From Spirochaetia bacterium (GTDB taxonomy: Bacteria; Spirochaetota; Spirochaetia; DSM-2461): a stretch of 64,000 bases of DNA. Below, one piece after another: positions 30,607-41,109 of the stretch (positions within the stretch are counted from its first letter, which is position 1; every line of letters begins with the position of its first letter). The stretch spans positions 4,960,001 to 5,024,000 of the forward strand of contig OY764216.1 in assembly GCA_963668315.1 (NCBI GenBank), given 5' to 3'. The translations under genes were made by a program, and so were the position numbers. The notes under the pieces were generated by a model. The model had not been told where the DNA came from, did not search any database, and saw nothing but the letters and a program-made list of their open reading frames with translations.

Positions 30607-31551
30607 TTGGCAGAAGCAATAACGAAAATCATTCCCATCATCCTGCTCGTATCACTGGGCTATCTGATTCAGCGCCGTCACTGGGCCGACGACGACCAGA
30701 TGGAGAAAATCAAGTCGGGAATCATATTGCTGGCCCTGCCGGCCGTGCTTTTCATGACGTTCAAGGATATGGAACTCAGAAAGGAGCAGATGTTTATCAC
30801 GGTAGTGTTTTTCCTCATGCTCTGGCTTGTATACGCCGCGGGGAGACTGATCTCTTTTACCGTGAAAGACCACCGCGAACTGGTTCCGTTCATGTGTACG
30901 GGCATGGCATTCGGAGTACTGGGGATTCCCCTTTACGCCGCGGTTTACGGCATGGAAAATATCGGAGTAATCTCCATATTCGGAGTCGGTCATGAGTCTT
31001 TTGTATGGTTTGTCTATCTGACGCTTCTGAAAAAGAATTTCAATGGCGAGAGCTTCGGCAGGGGAACGATAGGCAACTTTTTCAAATCGCCGGTCATCCT
31101 CTCGATTCTCGCCGGCGTGGCCGTCAATCTTCTGGGACTGGGCGGCTTGTTCGAGCGGAACATTCTCCTCAAAGGGATATCCCTGACACTGGAATCCCTG
31201 GGAGGAGTAACCACCCCTCTGATTTTTATCGTCATCGGATACGGCATTCGCCTTGAAAAGGCCTATGTCTGGCCGGCGGCGAAACTGCTGGCCATCAGAT
31301 ACGCCGTCCTTTTCCCCGTTTCCTATATGGTTAAATTTCTCGTTCTTGACAGAATCGTCGGCGGTGTGACTCCCTTATACAATATGGCTTTCTTCACGTT
31401 CATGGTGCTCTCTCCTCCTTATATGTCCGCCATATTCATTGGCCAGTACAGCTCAAAGGAAAATACCTATATCGTCAACAATATCCTCGTTATGAGTACG
31501 GTAATGGCGGTGGCTATCATGAGCCTTACGGCCTTGATCGTAAAGGTATGA
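30607..31551 (+). CDS. AEC (auxin efflux carrier) family transporter
   Basis: IIPIILLVSLGY, ALPAVLF, GIPL, FKSPVI. Confidence 0.85.
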   Translation: MAEAITKIIPIILLVSLGYLIQRRHWADDDQMEKIKSGIILLALPAVLFMTFKDMELRKEQMFITVVFFLMLWLVYAAGRLISFTVKDHRELVPFMCTGMAFGVLGIPLYAAVYGMENIGVISIFGVGHESFVWFVYLTLLKKNFNGESFGRGTIGNFFKSPVILSILAGVAVNLLGLGGLFERNILLKGISLTLESLGGVTTPLIFIVIGYGIRLEKAYVWPAAKLLAIRYAVLFPVSYMVKFLVLDRIVGGVTPLYNMAFFTFMVLSPPYMSAIFIGQYSSKENTYIVNNILVMSTVMAVAIMSLTALIVKV

Positions 31552-31562
31552 TTTATATCCCA

Positions 31563-32909
31563 GATAGTGTCCAGACATGTTCGCAACTTTCCTTTCAAGA
31601 AGCCATCAAAATTCCCCATCAGGCAGCCTGACCTAATTTAATTCTTTGTTCATCTATCGATTTTTCACTGATATACCGTTTTCCCGAAGCCCAGTCTTCT
31701 GAGTATTCAATCAGGTAACAACAGACTAGTCTAAGGTAGGAGTCAATACTGGGAAAGATTCCCACAACACGAGATCGTCTACGGATTTCCCGATTCAATC
31801 GTTCCAGTTGATTGGTAGAAGCAGTTTTCCGGCTGTCTATTTCTGAGAATTCATAATACTGAAGAGAGTCTTCTAATCCGTCTTCAAGACAAGTCATGGA
31901 CTTCGGAAATTGTTCTTCAAATTCCTCTATAATTCGGTATGCATATTCACGGGCCGATTGGGAGTTCGGTTGATTCCAAATCTGCTTAATTCTGCCGGCA
32001 ACAGCTTCTTTATCCCTGGCAGGAAGATGGGACAGGATGTTCCTCATAAAATGAATTTTACAGCGTTGCCAGGAGCAACCGATGAGTTCCTTTCTTATGG
32101 CGGCTTGAAGTCCCAGATGGGCATCAGAGACACAGAGCCAGGCATTTTTAAATCCTCTTGCTTTAAGAGACCTGAACAGTTCGGTATAAGTGCTTTCTGA
32201 TTCTTCCTGCATTGGTTCAACAGCAAGGATTTCTTTGAATCCTTGTGAATTAACACCAGATACAACCATCACAGCCATATTTCTCACTCTTCCGTTATAC
32301 CGGATCTTTTCATAGAGGGCATCAACCCAGATGACAGGATATTCTGAATCAAGAGATCGATAGCGGAATTCATCTACCTGTTCATCAAGTCCCTTATTGA
32401 TTTCAGAGACCTGGCTGGCTGAAATATTTTCAATGCCCAGACTCATAGCCAATTTCTCAATCTTTCTGGTTGAAACACCGTTGATAAATGCTTCCTGGAC
32501 AACCTGAATCAGAGCTTGCTCGGATCTCTTCTTTTCTGTTACAAAGAAGGGAATATATCCGCCTTTTCTGAGCTTGGGGACAAGGAGATACAGTGTTCCA
32601 AGACGAGTATCAAATCGGCGTGGTCGATATCCAGAAAAATGGGTGGATCTTCCCATAGAATGAGACCCCTTTTGAGCTCCTACTTTATTCGCCGCTTCTA
32701 TTTCCATAAGCTTTTCCAGTAGCCATTGCAATAAGCTGAAAATGGGATCCGGCTCCGATATGAATTGGAGTAGCATTTTTTCCAGATTCCCATTATCATT
32801 TTCCTTAGCCATCGTTTTTCTCCTTGTGGTTTTAGTAGTGCATTACCATTCTGGAGAATTCGATGGCTTCTTTCAATAATTAAAATTGCGAACTTGATTG
32901 TACGCTATC
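31563..32909 (-). mobile_element. IS256-family insertion sequence, complete (1347 bp)
   Basis: Imperfect 26-bp TIRs GATAGTGTCCAGACATGTTCGCAACT and GATAGCGTACAATCAAGTTCGCAATT; 8-bp target duplication ATATCCCA at 31555-31562 and 32910-32917. Confidence 0.93.
31619..32812 (-). CDS. IS256 transposase
   Basis: GVSTRK, WVDA, SDAHLGL, WQRC..HF.RN, STNQLERLNREIRRR. Confidence 0.95.
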   Translation of the reverse strand: MAKENDNGNLEKMLLQFISEPDPIFSLLQWLLEKLMEIEAANKVGAQKGSHSMGRSTHFSGYRPRRFDTRLGTLYLLVPKLRKGGYIPFFVTEKKRSEQALIQVVQEAFINGVSTRKIEKLAMSLGIENISASQVSEINKGLDEQVDEFRYRSLDSEYPVIWVDALYEKIRYNGRVRNMAVMVVSGVNSQGFKEILAVEPMQEESESTYTELFRSLKARGFKNAWLCVSDAHLGLQAAIRKELIGCSWQRCKIHFMRNILSHLPARDKEAVAGRIKQIWNQPNSQSAREYAYRIIEEFEEQFPKSMTCLEDGLEDSLQYYEFSEIDSRKTASTNQLERLNREIRRRSRVVGIFPSIDSYLRLVCCYLIEYSEDWASGKRYISEKSIDEQRIKLGQAA

Positions 32910-32951
32910 ATATCCCATCGGCATAAACATAAACAATTATACCTCTTTTTC

Positions 32952-33011
32952 TTGACTCCCTGAACATCCGGTGCTACACTTTTTTCATATAATTATGTTT
33001 GCGCAAACATA
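32952..33011 (+). promoter_or_regulatory. sigma70 promoter plus LacI-type operator
   Basis: TTGACT-17-TACACT (32952-32980), then perfect 18-bp palindrome TATGTTTGCGCAAACATA (32994-33011). Confidence 0.7.
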
Positions 33012-33088
33012 GCTCGTCTTCGCGCTAGCTTTTCCCTCTGGGGATAAGGATATAGGAGTTTATCAAATGGAAGAAAACGGGAGGTTTT

Positions 33089-34744
33089 ATGAGAAAAATA
33101 CGAACCATGACATTGACGGCAGGGATCTGGCTGCCTATTCTGCTTTTTAGCCTGATGGCCTGCGCCACGGGAAAAACGGAAGTTGCCATGGGCTCGGGGG
33201 GATTTGTTCTCCCCGATGTCATCCAACTGGAAGAAGGACAGATCCGGGGAATACCGGTCGGAGATTCAACGGCCATGGCCTACCTGGGGATCCCCTATGC
33301 CGCCCCGCCGGTGGGAGATCTTAGATGGAAAGCCCCCCGGCCGGTCGATCCCTGGGAGGGAGTATTCGCCGCCGATTCTTTCGGTAACAGCGCCGTACAG
33401 CCTCCCCAGGAACCCTTTCGCATGTGGTCTACCGAATTCATTATCAGCAATAAAAACTACAGCGAAGACTGCCTCACCCTTAATGTCTGGACTGACAGGA
33501 ATTCCTCAACGGAAAAAAGGCCCGTTATCGTCTACATACACGGAGGGGGACTGACCACCGGCGGATCTTCCTGCGAAGTCTATTTCGGCGATAAAATCGT
33601 ACAGAAAGACGTGGTTTACGTCTCCATTAATTACCGGTTGGGGATCTTCGGATTCTTTGCCCATCCCGAGCTGTCCGGGGAAGGACCTGACGGTGCCAGC
33701 GGCAATTACGCCCTGATGGACGCGGTGGAAGCCCTTAAATGGGTGAAGAGAAATATTGCGGCCTTCGGGGGAGATCCGGATAACGTCACGATCATGGGAC
33801 AGTCTGCCGGCTCGCGGATGGTCCACGCTCTTATGATCAGCCCCCTGGCGGCCGGTCTGATAGACAGGGCGGTGGCGGAAAGCGCCAACCCTATCAGTCT
33901 TTCTCCTGCCATGGGTATGGTATCCCAGGAGACTCAGAACAAGATGGGTACCGCCTTTATGGAGTTCTGCGGCGCCGGCTCGCTGGCCGATTTACGGGCC
34001 ATGGATGCTCAGGAGATTTTCACCTGTGCCGTTAATCCGGATTTTCCCGGGGGCGGCCGGCGGCCGGGCTACAATACGGCCCTGACGGTGGACGGTTACG
34101 CCCTGACCGGCAGCGATCTGGATGTATACCGTAAAGGCTCCCAAAACGATATTCCCCTGATGACAGGAAGCGTCACCGGTGATACCGGTCTTTTCGGCCC
34201 GATAAACCTCACCACCCTGGAAGCCTACGGCGATTTCGCCGAGGATCTGGGGGATTTTTCAGAACAATTCCGCAGGGCCTACCCCGTCACTACCGATGCC
34301 GAGGTTGCCGCAGCGGCGGACGTACTGGCCGTGGATCAGATGAATATGCTTATCCGGGAGCTGGGAAAATCCCGGGCGATTAAGGGGAAATCCGATACAT
34401 ACCTCTATTATTTCACCAGGGAAATGCCGGCGGCCGGGGGTGTGGATTTTGCCGGAGCTTTCCACACGGCCGACGTCCCCTACTTCCTGAACTACTTCTA
34501 CGACGATCCCACCCGCCCCTGGAAGCCGGCGGATTTCGGTCTGGGAGAGATCATGTCCGACTATCTGGTTAATTTTGCCGGGACCGGAAATCCCAACGGC
34601 CCGGGACTGCCCCGCTGGGAGGCTTATGAAAACGGATTACTCCAGCTGCAGGAACTGGGAGACAGGGTCGCCCGCTATGAAGAAATGACGGCTGAACAGA
34701 TTGCGTTCTGGAGTGATTATCTCGACGCGATGCTGAACCTTTAA
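33089..34744 (+). CDS. Type-B carboxylesterase, lipoprotein
   Basis: Lipobox LMAC; YLGIPYAAPPVG, SEDCL, HGGG, GQSAG, HTADVPY. Confidence 0.93.
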   Translation: MRKIRTMTLTAGIWLPILLFSLMACATGKTEVAMGSGGFVLPDVIQLEEGQIRGIPVGDSTAMAYLGIPYAAPPVGDLRWKAPRPVDPWEGVFAADSFGNSAVQPPQEPFRMWSTEFIISNKNYSEDCLTLNVWTDRNSSTEKRPVIVYIHGGGLTTGGSSCEVYFGDKIVQKDVVYVSINYRLGIFGFFAHPELSGEGPDGASGNYALMDAVEALKWVKRNIAAFGGDPDNVTIMGQSAGSRMVHALMISPLAAGLIDRAVAESANPISLSPAMGMVSQETQNKMGTAFMEFCGAGSLADLRAMDAQEIFTCAVNPDFPGGGRRPGYNTALTVDGYALTGSDLDVYRKGSQNDIPLMTGSVTGDTGLFGPINLTTLEAYGDFAEDLGDFSEQFRRAYPVTTDAEVAAAADVLAVDQMNMLIRELGKSRAIKGKSDTYLYYFTREMPAAGGVDFAGAFHTADVPYFLNYFYDDPTRPWKPADFGLGEIMSDYLVNFAGTGNPNGPGLPRWEAYENGLLQLQELGDRVARYEEMTAEQIAFWSDYLDAMLNL

Positions 34745-34755
34745 GGAGCTCGACT

Positions 34756-34788
34756 AAAAAAAACAGCCCGTTGATCGGGCTGTTTTTT
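34756..34788. terminator. Bidirectional intrinsic terminator
   Basis: A8-CAGCCCG-TTGAT-CGGGCTG-T6 between convergent genes. Confidence 0.85.
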
Positions 34789-34792
34789 GTCT

Positions 34793-36493
34793 TTACAGCC
34801 TCGTATCCCAGCGCTTGCAGAAGGGATCGACCGGGCTCTTTCCCTTGAATTCCGATCGGCCCATCAGTTTTTCCACCAGGGCGTCCACATTATCCCGGGT
34901 ATTGGAATAGGTGTTTATGTAGGTCTTGACCATGGGAACATCCAGAAGATGGTAGGGGTTTTCCATGGAGATAAATACAGTAGGCACTCCGGCGACATAG
35001 GCCGGCGCGTTCGCCCCTATGGGTTCCAGCCACTCGATTCTGACGGTGGTCTGGTTGCTCTTTGTCGCCAGAGCACAGAAATAGATGATGTAATCGTAAT
35101 CATCCATCACATCCTGATACTTTCTGACGCGCATTTCAAAAACCATGGAAGGTTCGAATACCTCTACTTCGTAACCCTCTTTCTCCAGTTTTTCTCTGAA
35201 GTAGCCGAAGTTCCCTCCCGAGACGCTGTGGGCCCCGGCGTTATCCCCTATCTTGTGCAGCAGAATTTTCTTGCCCTTCCCCGGCATGAGCGGCAGAGTT
35301 CCGTCGCTCTTCACCAGGGTGATGCTCTGATCGGCCACTTCTCTCGCCCACTGCCGGTACTCTTCGTTATTAATGATTTCCATCTCCCGGGACTCGGTCA
35401 GCAGGGTATTGTTTTTCTGTTTTTCGTGCAGTCCCAGGGCGGCCTTTGTCGCCAGGATTCTCGTGACTGCCTCATCCAGACGCTCCCCGGTGATCCTTCC
35501 GTCCTTCACGCCGTCCATCATGAGTTGAAAATCTTCCTCCAGATTTCTTGAATAGAGGAAAATATCACAGCCTGCGGCAATGATCTGAGGAACGGCGGCC
35601 GCTCTGGGCAGTTTCGTCATCATCCCCACCATGGTCGTCGCATCGGATACAATCATGCCGTTAAACCCCAGCTTCCCCCTGAGAAGATCGTTCAGAAGCT
35701 CGTAAGAAAGGGTGGCCGGCATAATCTCGCTGTCCTTGATCCCCGGCCGGAAGTGGCGTGAGTAGGCGGGATGCATGATATGCCCGGGCATGACGGAAAG
35801 CGCACCGGCGTCTATGCAGGTCTTATATACTTTCCCATAGGTTTCATCCCACTCTTCGCAGGACATGCTATTATAAGTGGTAACCACATGCTGGTCTCTC
35901 TCATCGGTGCCGTCCCCGGGGAAATGCTTGATGGACGTCAGGACCCCTTCGCTCTGCATCGCCTCCACATAGGCTTTGCCCATGGCCGCAACCCGGTCGG
36001 GATCGGAGCCGAAGGTCCTCGTGTTCGTAATGGGGCTTCTGAAATTGTAATCGATATCAATGCAGGGGGAAAATCCCCAGTTGGCGCCCACGGCCTTCGC
36101 CTCTTTCGCGCAGACCAGTCCCAGCCTCCTGGCGTTCTCCACGTCATCGGTCGCGGCGATCTGCATATTAGAACCGATGTTGGTCCCCTCGGTGATGATC
36201 CCGGAACCGCCCTTTTCCAGGTTGCCCGATATGAGCATGGGGACCTTACTTTTTCCCTGATAGTAATTACTTACCGTCCAGCAGCTCTCCCCTTTCATAG
36301 GACGGTATCCCGTACCTCCCGGCTGGAATTTCAGAACGAAGTCCGCTTCCTCCCGCCACTCTTCCTCATTTCTATGGATGAGACAGAACAGCTGCCCGAC
36401 CTTTTCTTCCGTAGATAGTCCTGCCAGAGTCTTGTTCACCCACTCTATATCATCATCCTTCAGAGAAAAAGGATTTCCCTTAAGATCGATCAT
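34793..36493 (-). CDS. Glycoside hydrolase family 3
   Basis: EEKVGQL, KHFPGDG, LGFNGMIVSDA, SITLVK. Confidence 0.92.
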   Translation of the reverse strand: MIDLKGNPFSLKDDDIEWVNKTLAGLSTEEKVGQLFCLIHRNEEEWREEADFVLKFQPGGTGYRPMKGESCWTVSNYYQGKSKVPMLISGNLEKGGSGIITEGTNIGSNMQIAATDDVENARRLGLVCAKEAKAVGANWGFSPCIDIDYNFRSPITNTRTFGSDPDRVAAMGKAYVEAMQSEGVLTSIKHFPGDGTDERDQHVVTTYNSMSCEEWDETYGKVYKTCIDAGALSVMPGHIMHPAYSRHFRPGIKDSEIMPATLSYELLNDLLRGKLGFNGMIVSDATTMVGMMTKLPRAAAVPQIIAAGCDIFLYSRNLEEDFQLMMDGVKDGRITGERLDEAVTRILATKAALGLHEKQKNNTLLTESREMEIINNEEYRQWAREVADQSITLVKSDGTLPLMPGKGKKILLHKIGDNAGAHSVSGGNFGYFREKLEKEGYEVEVFEPSMVFEMRVRKYQDVMDDYDYIIYFCALATKSNQTTVRIEWLEPIGANAPAYVAGVPTVFISMENPYHLLDVPMVKTYINTYSNTRDNVDALVEKLMGRSEFKGKSPVDPFCKRWDTRL

Positions 36494-36521
36494 ACGTTCT
36501 CTCCTGTTACGCTTTGTTTAA

Positions 36522-37280
36522 TCAGCCTTTCCCCAGCGCCTCTTCCGCCTCATTCACACACTGAAGAGCATTCAATGTTCTCGGATAGCCGATATAGGGC
36601 ATGGCCTGGGATACGACCTTGATAAGAAAGGCCTTGTCGTTACCCATCTTCATATTCGCCCCGGCATGGGCTCTCAGCTGGGACTCGCACCCTCCCTGGG
36701 CGGAGAGCAGGCAGAAAGTGATCATTTCCCTCTGCTTCAGGTCCAGACCGCCCCGGGTGTAGTAATCTCCGAAGCAGTTCGCCGCAAGCCACCTGTTGAT
36801 ATGGCGCCGCTCTTCCGGACCGGACTTGTAGAACTCTTTCATGTGGGGGCCGAAGATTTCCGCCTGGGTATCCGCCCCTTTGAGGAGCCTCGTCTCCTCC
36901 GTCGTGACGGACTGGCTTTCCAGGGGCAGCTTTATCCCCATGTCAGTCATGACCTCATTGGTCGCATGGAAAATATCCAGAGTCCGTCCCATTCCCATAT
37001 AGGCGACGGCCTGGTAGACGATCTCCTTCGCTTCAACCGGGGTAACTCCGGAATTCAGGGCCCCTTCGAGCATTATTTTATACACCTCGGTTCCCTGACA
37101 GCCGATAAGGGTTGCCAGAATGGCGAGAAACCTTGTTTTGTCATCCAGATCATCTTCGTTAACAACTTCATCAAAGATAAAATTGTCAAAAAAGGCTGTG
37201 AAATCGGGATCCGTCCTTTCCAGGGGATCGGCCTGACGGGAATACATTCTATTTTTATAATCCCGGGAGAATTCGCTCAT
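36522..37280 (-). CDS. Carboxymuconolactone decarboxylase family (double CMD) protein
   Basis: CFGDYYTRGGLDLKQRE, PYIGYPR. Confidence 0.88.
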   Translation of the reverse strand: MSEFSRDYKNRMYSRQADPLERTDPDFTAFFDNFIFDEVVNEDDLDDKTRFLAILATLIGCQGTEVYKIMLEGALNSGVTPVEAKEIVYQAVAYMGMGRTLDIFHATNEVMTDMGIKLPLESQSVTTEETRLLKGADTQAEIFGPHMKEFYKSGPEERRHINRWLAANCFGDYYTRGGLDLKQREMITFCLLSAQGGCESQLRAHAGANMKMGNDKAFLIKVVSQAMPYIGYPRTLNALQCVNEAEEALGKG

Positions 37281-37306
37281 ACCTCATACGCTCCTTATTT
37301 AATTTT

Positions 37307-37948
37307 CTATTTCGTCAACTCATCCAGAGGAAAATGATCCAGCCCGGATATACGGTAATCGGCTTTCCGATAGTTCGAAGCATCCCCTACCCCGACGGCA
37401 ACCATTCCCGCGGCCAGGGCGGCATCGATTCCCGCTTCGGCATCTTCCACGACGACACACTCGGCCGGCTTTATCCCCAGTTTGCGGGCCGCGATGAGAA
37501 ATACTTCCGGGTCGGGCTTGCTCCGGGAGATATCATTGCCGTCCGCCACGGCATCAAAACTTTTATCCAGGCCGATTTTTTCCAGGATTACCGGGGTATT
37601 CTTACTGGACGAACCGATGGCGATTTTGATGTTTCTTTCTCTCAGACTGTCCAGCAGGGGGTAAACGCCGGGAAGTATCTCATCGGGGGTAAGGTCATTC
37701 AGGGATTCACGGTAATAGCGGTTTTTTCTTTCGGCCAGTTCCCGCTTCTCTTCAGGCGTATAAGATTTGTCCCCGTGGCGCAGTACGACTTCCAGACTCT
37801 CCATCCTGCTGACGCCCCTCAGGTATTTATTCGATTCCCTGCCGAAGGAAATCCCCTCATCATCGGCCATCCGCTTCCAGGCATGATAATGGTAGTCATC
37901 GGTGGAAACGATAACCCCGTCCAGATCAAATATAACGCCTTTCATCAC
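37307..37948 (-). CDS. pgmB: Beta-phosphoglucomutase
   Basis: FDLDGV..T..YHY.AW, LRGVSRMESL, SSSKN, KPDPEVF. Confidence 0.9.
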   Translation of the reverse strand: MMKGVIFDLDGVIVSTDDYHYHAWKRMADDEGISFGRESNKYLRGVSRMESLEVVLRHGDKSYTPEEKRELAERKNRYYRESLNDLTPDEILPGVYPLLDSLRERNIKIAIGSSSKNTPVILEKIGLDKSFDAVADGNDISRSKPDPEVFLIAARKLGIKPAECVVVEDAEAGIDAALAAGMVAVGVGDASNYRKADYRISGLDHFPLDELTK

Positions 37949-37978
37949 TCTGCTTTCCCGCCCTTCTGATTATTTTCA

Positions 37979-38004
37979 TCAAAATGTTAACGCAAACATT
38001 TTGA
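37979..38004. promoter_or_regulatory. LacI-type operator
   Basis: TCAAAATGTTAACGCAAACATTTTGA near-palindrome; same core as 32994-33011. Confidence 0.65.
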
Positions 38005-38176
38005 TCTTCGAAAAAGGAAAAATAAACTATCCACTCCCAAATTACCATGGTATATTACAGCTGTCAACCTGAAATTACAGCCCGGTATTTCCCTCCCCGG
38101 TGACAATCATGGCCCTTTTGTTTTATGATGTTTCCCGGCGGGCATCAAATGACAGGATCAAAACCCCGGGAGAGTT

Positions 38177-39202
38177 ATGGCAAATCAGAAAGAGGTGGCA
38201 AAATTAGCAGGAGTCTCCTTTATGACCGTATCGAGAGTTATCAATAATACGGGAAATATAAGGGAGGAGACCAGAGAACGGGTTCTTGATGCCATAGAGA
38301 AGCTCAATTACCATCCGAACAGTATGGCCCGAGGCCTGAACAACAACAGAATCCACTCCATTGGAGTCGCCACCTCCCTCAGCTCATCCCATATCCTTGT
38401 AGCCTCCAGCCCCTTTTTTCACGGCCTGCTGAACGGGATAGAGTCCTCCCTGATGAAGCACCAGTCCGATCTGGTCATATCCACAAGACGCGGTCATAAG
38501 GGGACTTCGGATTATTTCAGGCTCTTCTATGAGCGGAAGGTGGACGGCATCATTCTGATAAGCACCTATCTCGACTCCTCCGATGTGGAAGAGATGCTGG
38601 CCAACAATATTCCCTGCGTCGTCATAGGAACCCGGACCGATTCGGACAGAATTGTCTGCATCGATTCGGACAATTTTCAGGCGGGGAAGGAGATCACCGA
38701 AAGGCTGATTGAGAAGGGCCACAGGAAAATCGGCTTTATCAGAGTAAGCGAGCAGAACAGTAATGTGGAAGAGCGGTACAGGGGATTCGGGGAGGCCATG
38801 AAAGCTCACGGACTGGAACCTGGGGAAGAGCACGTTTTTTCGGTAAGAATGGAAGAAGAGGAAGAGGCGGGCCGCCGGGTCATGAAGGCCGTCGCCGCCA
38901 TGGCCGATCCGCCGACCGCCGTCATTGCCTCCAACGACTTTCTGGCCATAGGCATGATCAGGGAAGCCCAGCGTCTGGGAATACCTATCCCCGGGGAACT
39001 TTCCGTCGTGGGATTTGATGCCATGGAAACGGGAAGGGTCATTCAGCCGTCCCTCTATTCGATGCGCCAGCCCCTGGGCGAAATGGGCTTCCTCGCCGCG
39101 GAAACCCTCATGCGGCTCATAGAGGATCCCCATGACGCGGGAAGCTCCCGGATATTTCCCATGGAACCGGTCCCGGGAGACAGCATGGCCCCGCCGAAAT
39201 AA
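38177..39202 (+). CDS. LacI family regulator
   Basis: EVAKLAGVSFMTVSRVIN, YHPN..ARGL, SVVGFD. Confidence 0.95.
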   Translation: MANQKEVAKLAGVSFMTVSRVINNTGNIREETRERVLDAIEKLNYHPNSMARGLNNNRIHSIGVATSLSSSHILVASSPFFHGLLNGIESSLMKHQSDLVISTRRGHKGTSDYFRLFYERKVDGIILISTYLDSSDVEEMLANNIPCVVIGTRTDSDRIVCIDSDNFQAGKEITERLIEKGHRKIGFIRVSEQNSNVEERYRGFGEAMKAHGLEPGEEHVFSVRMEEEEEAGRRVMKAVAAMADPPTAVIASNDFLAIGMIREAQRLGIPIPGELSVVGFDAMETGRVIQPSLYSMRQPLGEMGFLAAETLMRLIEDPHDAGSSRIFPMEPVPGDSMAPPK

Positions 39203-40984
39203 TCAATTCGCCTGGGGACTTCCGAACTGCTTCCGGTATAAGGCGCTGTAACGGCCTCCCCTCTCCAGAAGTTCCCTGTGATTTCCCTCTTCCTTCAGCT
39301 CCCCTTCCTCAATCACCATGATCCTGTCGGCATTCTGGATAGTCGAGAGGCGGTGGGCGATAATCAGGCAGGTCCGCCCCTTCTGCAGGCTGTCCATGGC
39401 TTTCTGAACCATGGCTTCGCTTTCCGTATCAAGGGCGCTGGTGGCTTCATCAAAAATCAGTACCGAAGGATTCTTCAGAAAAGCCCGTGATATGGCGATG
39501 CGCTGTCTCTGGCCTCCCGAGAGGAGCAGTCCCCTCTCTCCCACCACCGTATCCAGCCCGTCGGGCAGTTTTTCTATGAAATCCATGGCAAAAGCCTGTC
39601 TCGCCGCTTCCTCCACCTCCTCGTCGGCGGCCTCCGGTCTTCCGTAAAGAATATTCTCCCTTATGGTGCCGGAGAATAGGATCGGATCCTGGGGAACCAG
39701 GGCGATCTGCTGTCTCAGGGAGGCGATCGTGAAATTTCTCAAATCCTCCCCGTCTACCAGCACGGCCCCCGACTGGACATCGTAGAAGCGGCTGATCAGT
39801 TTGACAACGGTGGACTTGCCTCCTCCCGACTCCCCGACAAGGGCGGTGGTTTTCCGGCAGGGTATGGTCAGGTTCATCCCTTTCAGCACCGGTTTATTCT
39901 CTTGACCGTAACAGAAGTCCACATCCCGGAACCGGATATTCTCCCCGATTCCCCTAAGAATCACGGCATTGTCCCTGTCTTTCACATCCGGCTCCGTATC
40001 AAGAAGCTGAAATACCCGTTCCAGAGATCCCAGAGCCTCTGCGGTGACAATGATGGTTTCGCTCAGATAGGCAAAGGGATTATACAGCTGCTTCTGCATC
40101 ATCATAAACTGCACCAGCACGCTCAGACCGACAAGCTGAGGCTTATAAAGGGCCATGGCCGTTCCCACAGCCAGCAGGACAAGGGGGGCCAGGTTATTAA
40201 TCAGCTGCAGAGTCATCTGGCTCAGGCCCGACCAGTGGCCGGCCCGGGAATACTCCACCATCAGATTTTCCGAGATACTGTCGAATTTCTTGATCTCCTT
40301 GTCTTCCCCGTTGAAGGATTTCACCACGGTCATACCGGCGAATCGCTCCTGGGATCGGCCGGCCATCTCGGCGGTCATTTTTCTTATGTCGTGGGATATC
40401 CCTTTCATCCTTGTTCCCAGCTTGAAAAAGATATAGACCTGGGCGGGAATGAAAATGACGGAGACCAGCGTCAGAAGGGGGCTGAGCATAAACAGATAGA
40501 CCGCGATGACGAGAAAAGTCCCCATATGCATCCAGACGGTAATAGCCGCGGTGCTCAGAAAATTTTTCGCGCTGTCGATATCCCCGATGAGGCGGCTCAC
40601 CAGAGATCCGGTCTGGGCCGAATCGAAAAAGGTATGGGAGAGCTTGTAAACATGGCGGTAAAGATCGCAGCGGAGGGACATGATACTCTTCGCCGTTCCC
40701 TTCTGCGCCATCTGGCTCCTCAGGTAAATGGGCAGGGGACTGATCAAGATGAAACCGAGAACAACGAGAACAAGTCTCAGAATCTCCTGCCAGGCCTCAG
40801 CTTCGCCTATGTTCCCCCCCATCCTCGCCTGGAGCACTTCAATGGCCTTTCCGAAATAGCCGATGATAATTACGGGAACGAGAAATTTGTACAACCCGCA
40901 CAGGATGGCCCCTATATAGTAGGGCCAGTGGGGCTTCACATAGGCGAAAATCCGTATGAGCAGCGATTTTTTCTGGTTTTTCAT
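39203..40984 (-). CDS. ABC exporter, fused permease/ATPase
   Basis: TM domain plus GESGGGKST, LSGGQRQR, DEATSALD, IAHRLST. Confidence 0.93.
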   Translation of the reverse strand: MKNQKKSLLIRIFAYVKPHWPYYIGAILCGLYKFLVPVIIIGYFGKAIEVLQARMGGNIGEAEAWQEILRLVLVVLGFILISPLPIYLRSQMAQKGTAKSIMSLRCDLYRHVYKLSHTFFDSAQTGSLVSRLIGDIDSAKNFLSTAAITVWMHMGTFLVIAVYLFMLSPLLTLVSVIFIPAQVYIFFKLGTRMKGISHDIRKMTAEMAGRSQERFAGMTVVKSFNGEDKEIKKFDSISENLMVEYSRAGHWSGLSQMTLQLINNLAPLVLLAVGTAMALYKPQLVGLSVLVQFMMMQKQLYNPFAYLSETIIVTAEALGSLERVFQLLDTEPDVKDRDNAVILRGIGENIRFRDVDFCYGQENKPVLKGMNLTIPCRKTTALVGESGGGKSTVVKLISRFYDVQSGAVLVDGEDLRNFTIASLRQQIALVPQDPILFSGTIRENILYGRPEAADEEVEEAARQAFAMDFIEKLPDGLDTVVGERGLLLSGGQRQRIAISRAFLKNPSVLIFDEATSALDTESEAMVQKAMDSLQKGRTCLIIAHRLSTIQNADRIMVIEEGELKEEGNHRELLERGGRYSALYRKQFGSPQAN

Positions 40985-41109
40985 AGTCCTTCATTTCCTT
41001 TCGGAGGATTATCCTAGCACTTTTCAAGGGGATGGATATGACAGAATCGCTCATGAAGACCTGATTAGTGTGCAGAAAGAAGCATGGTATATAATTTTGC
41101 CCGCCGTTC

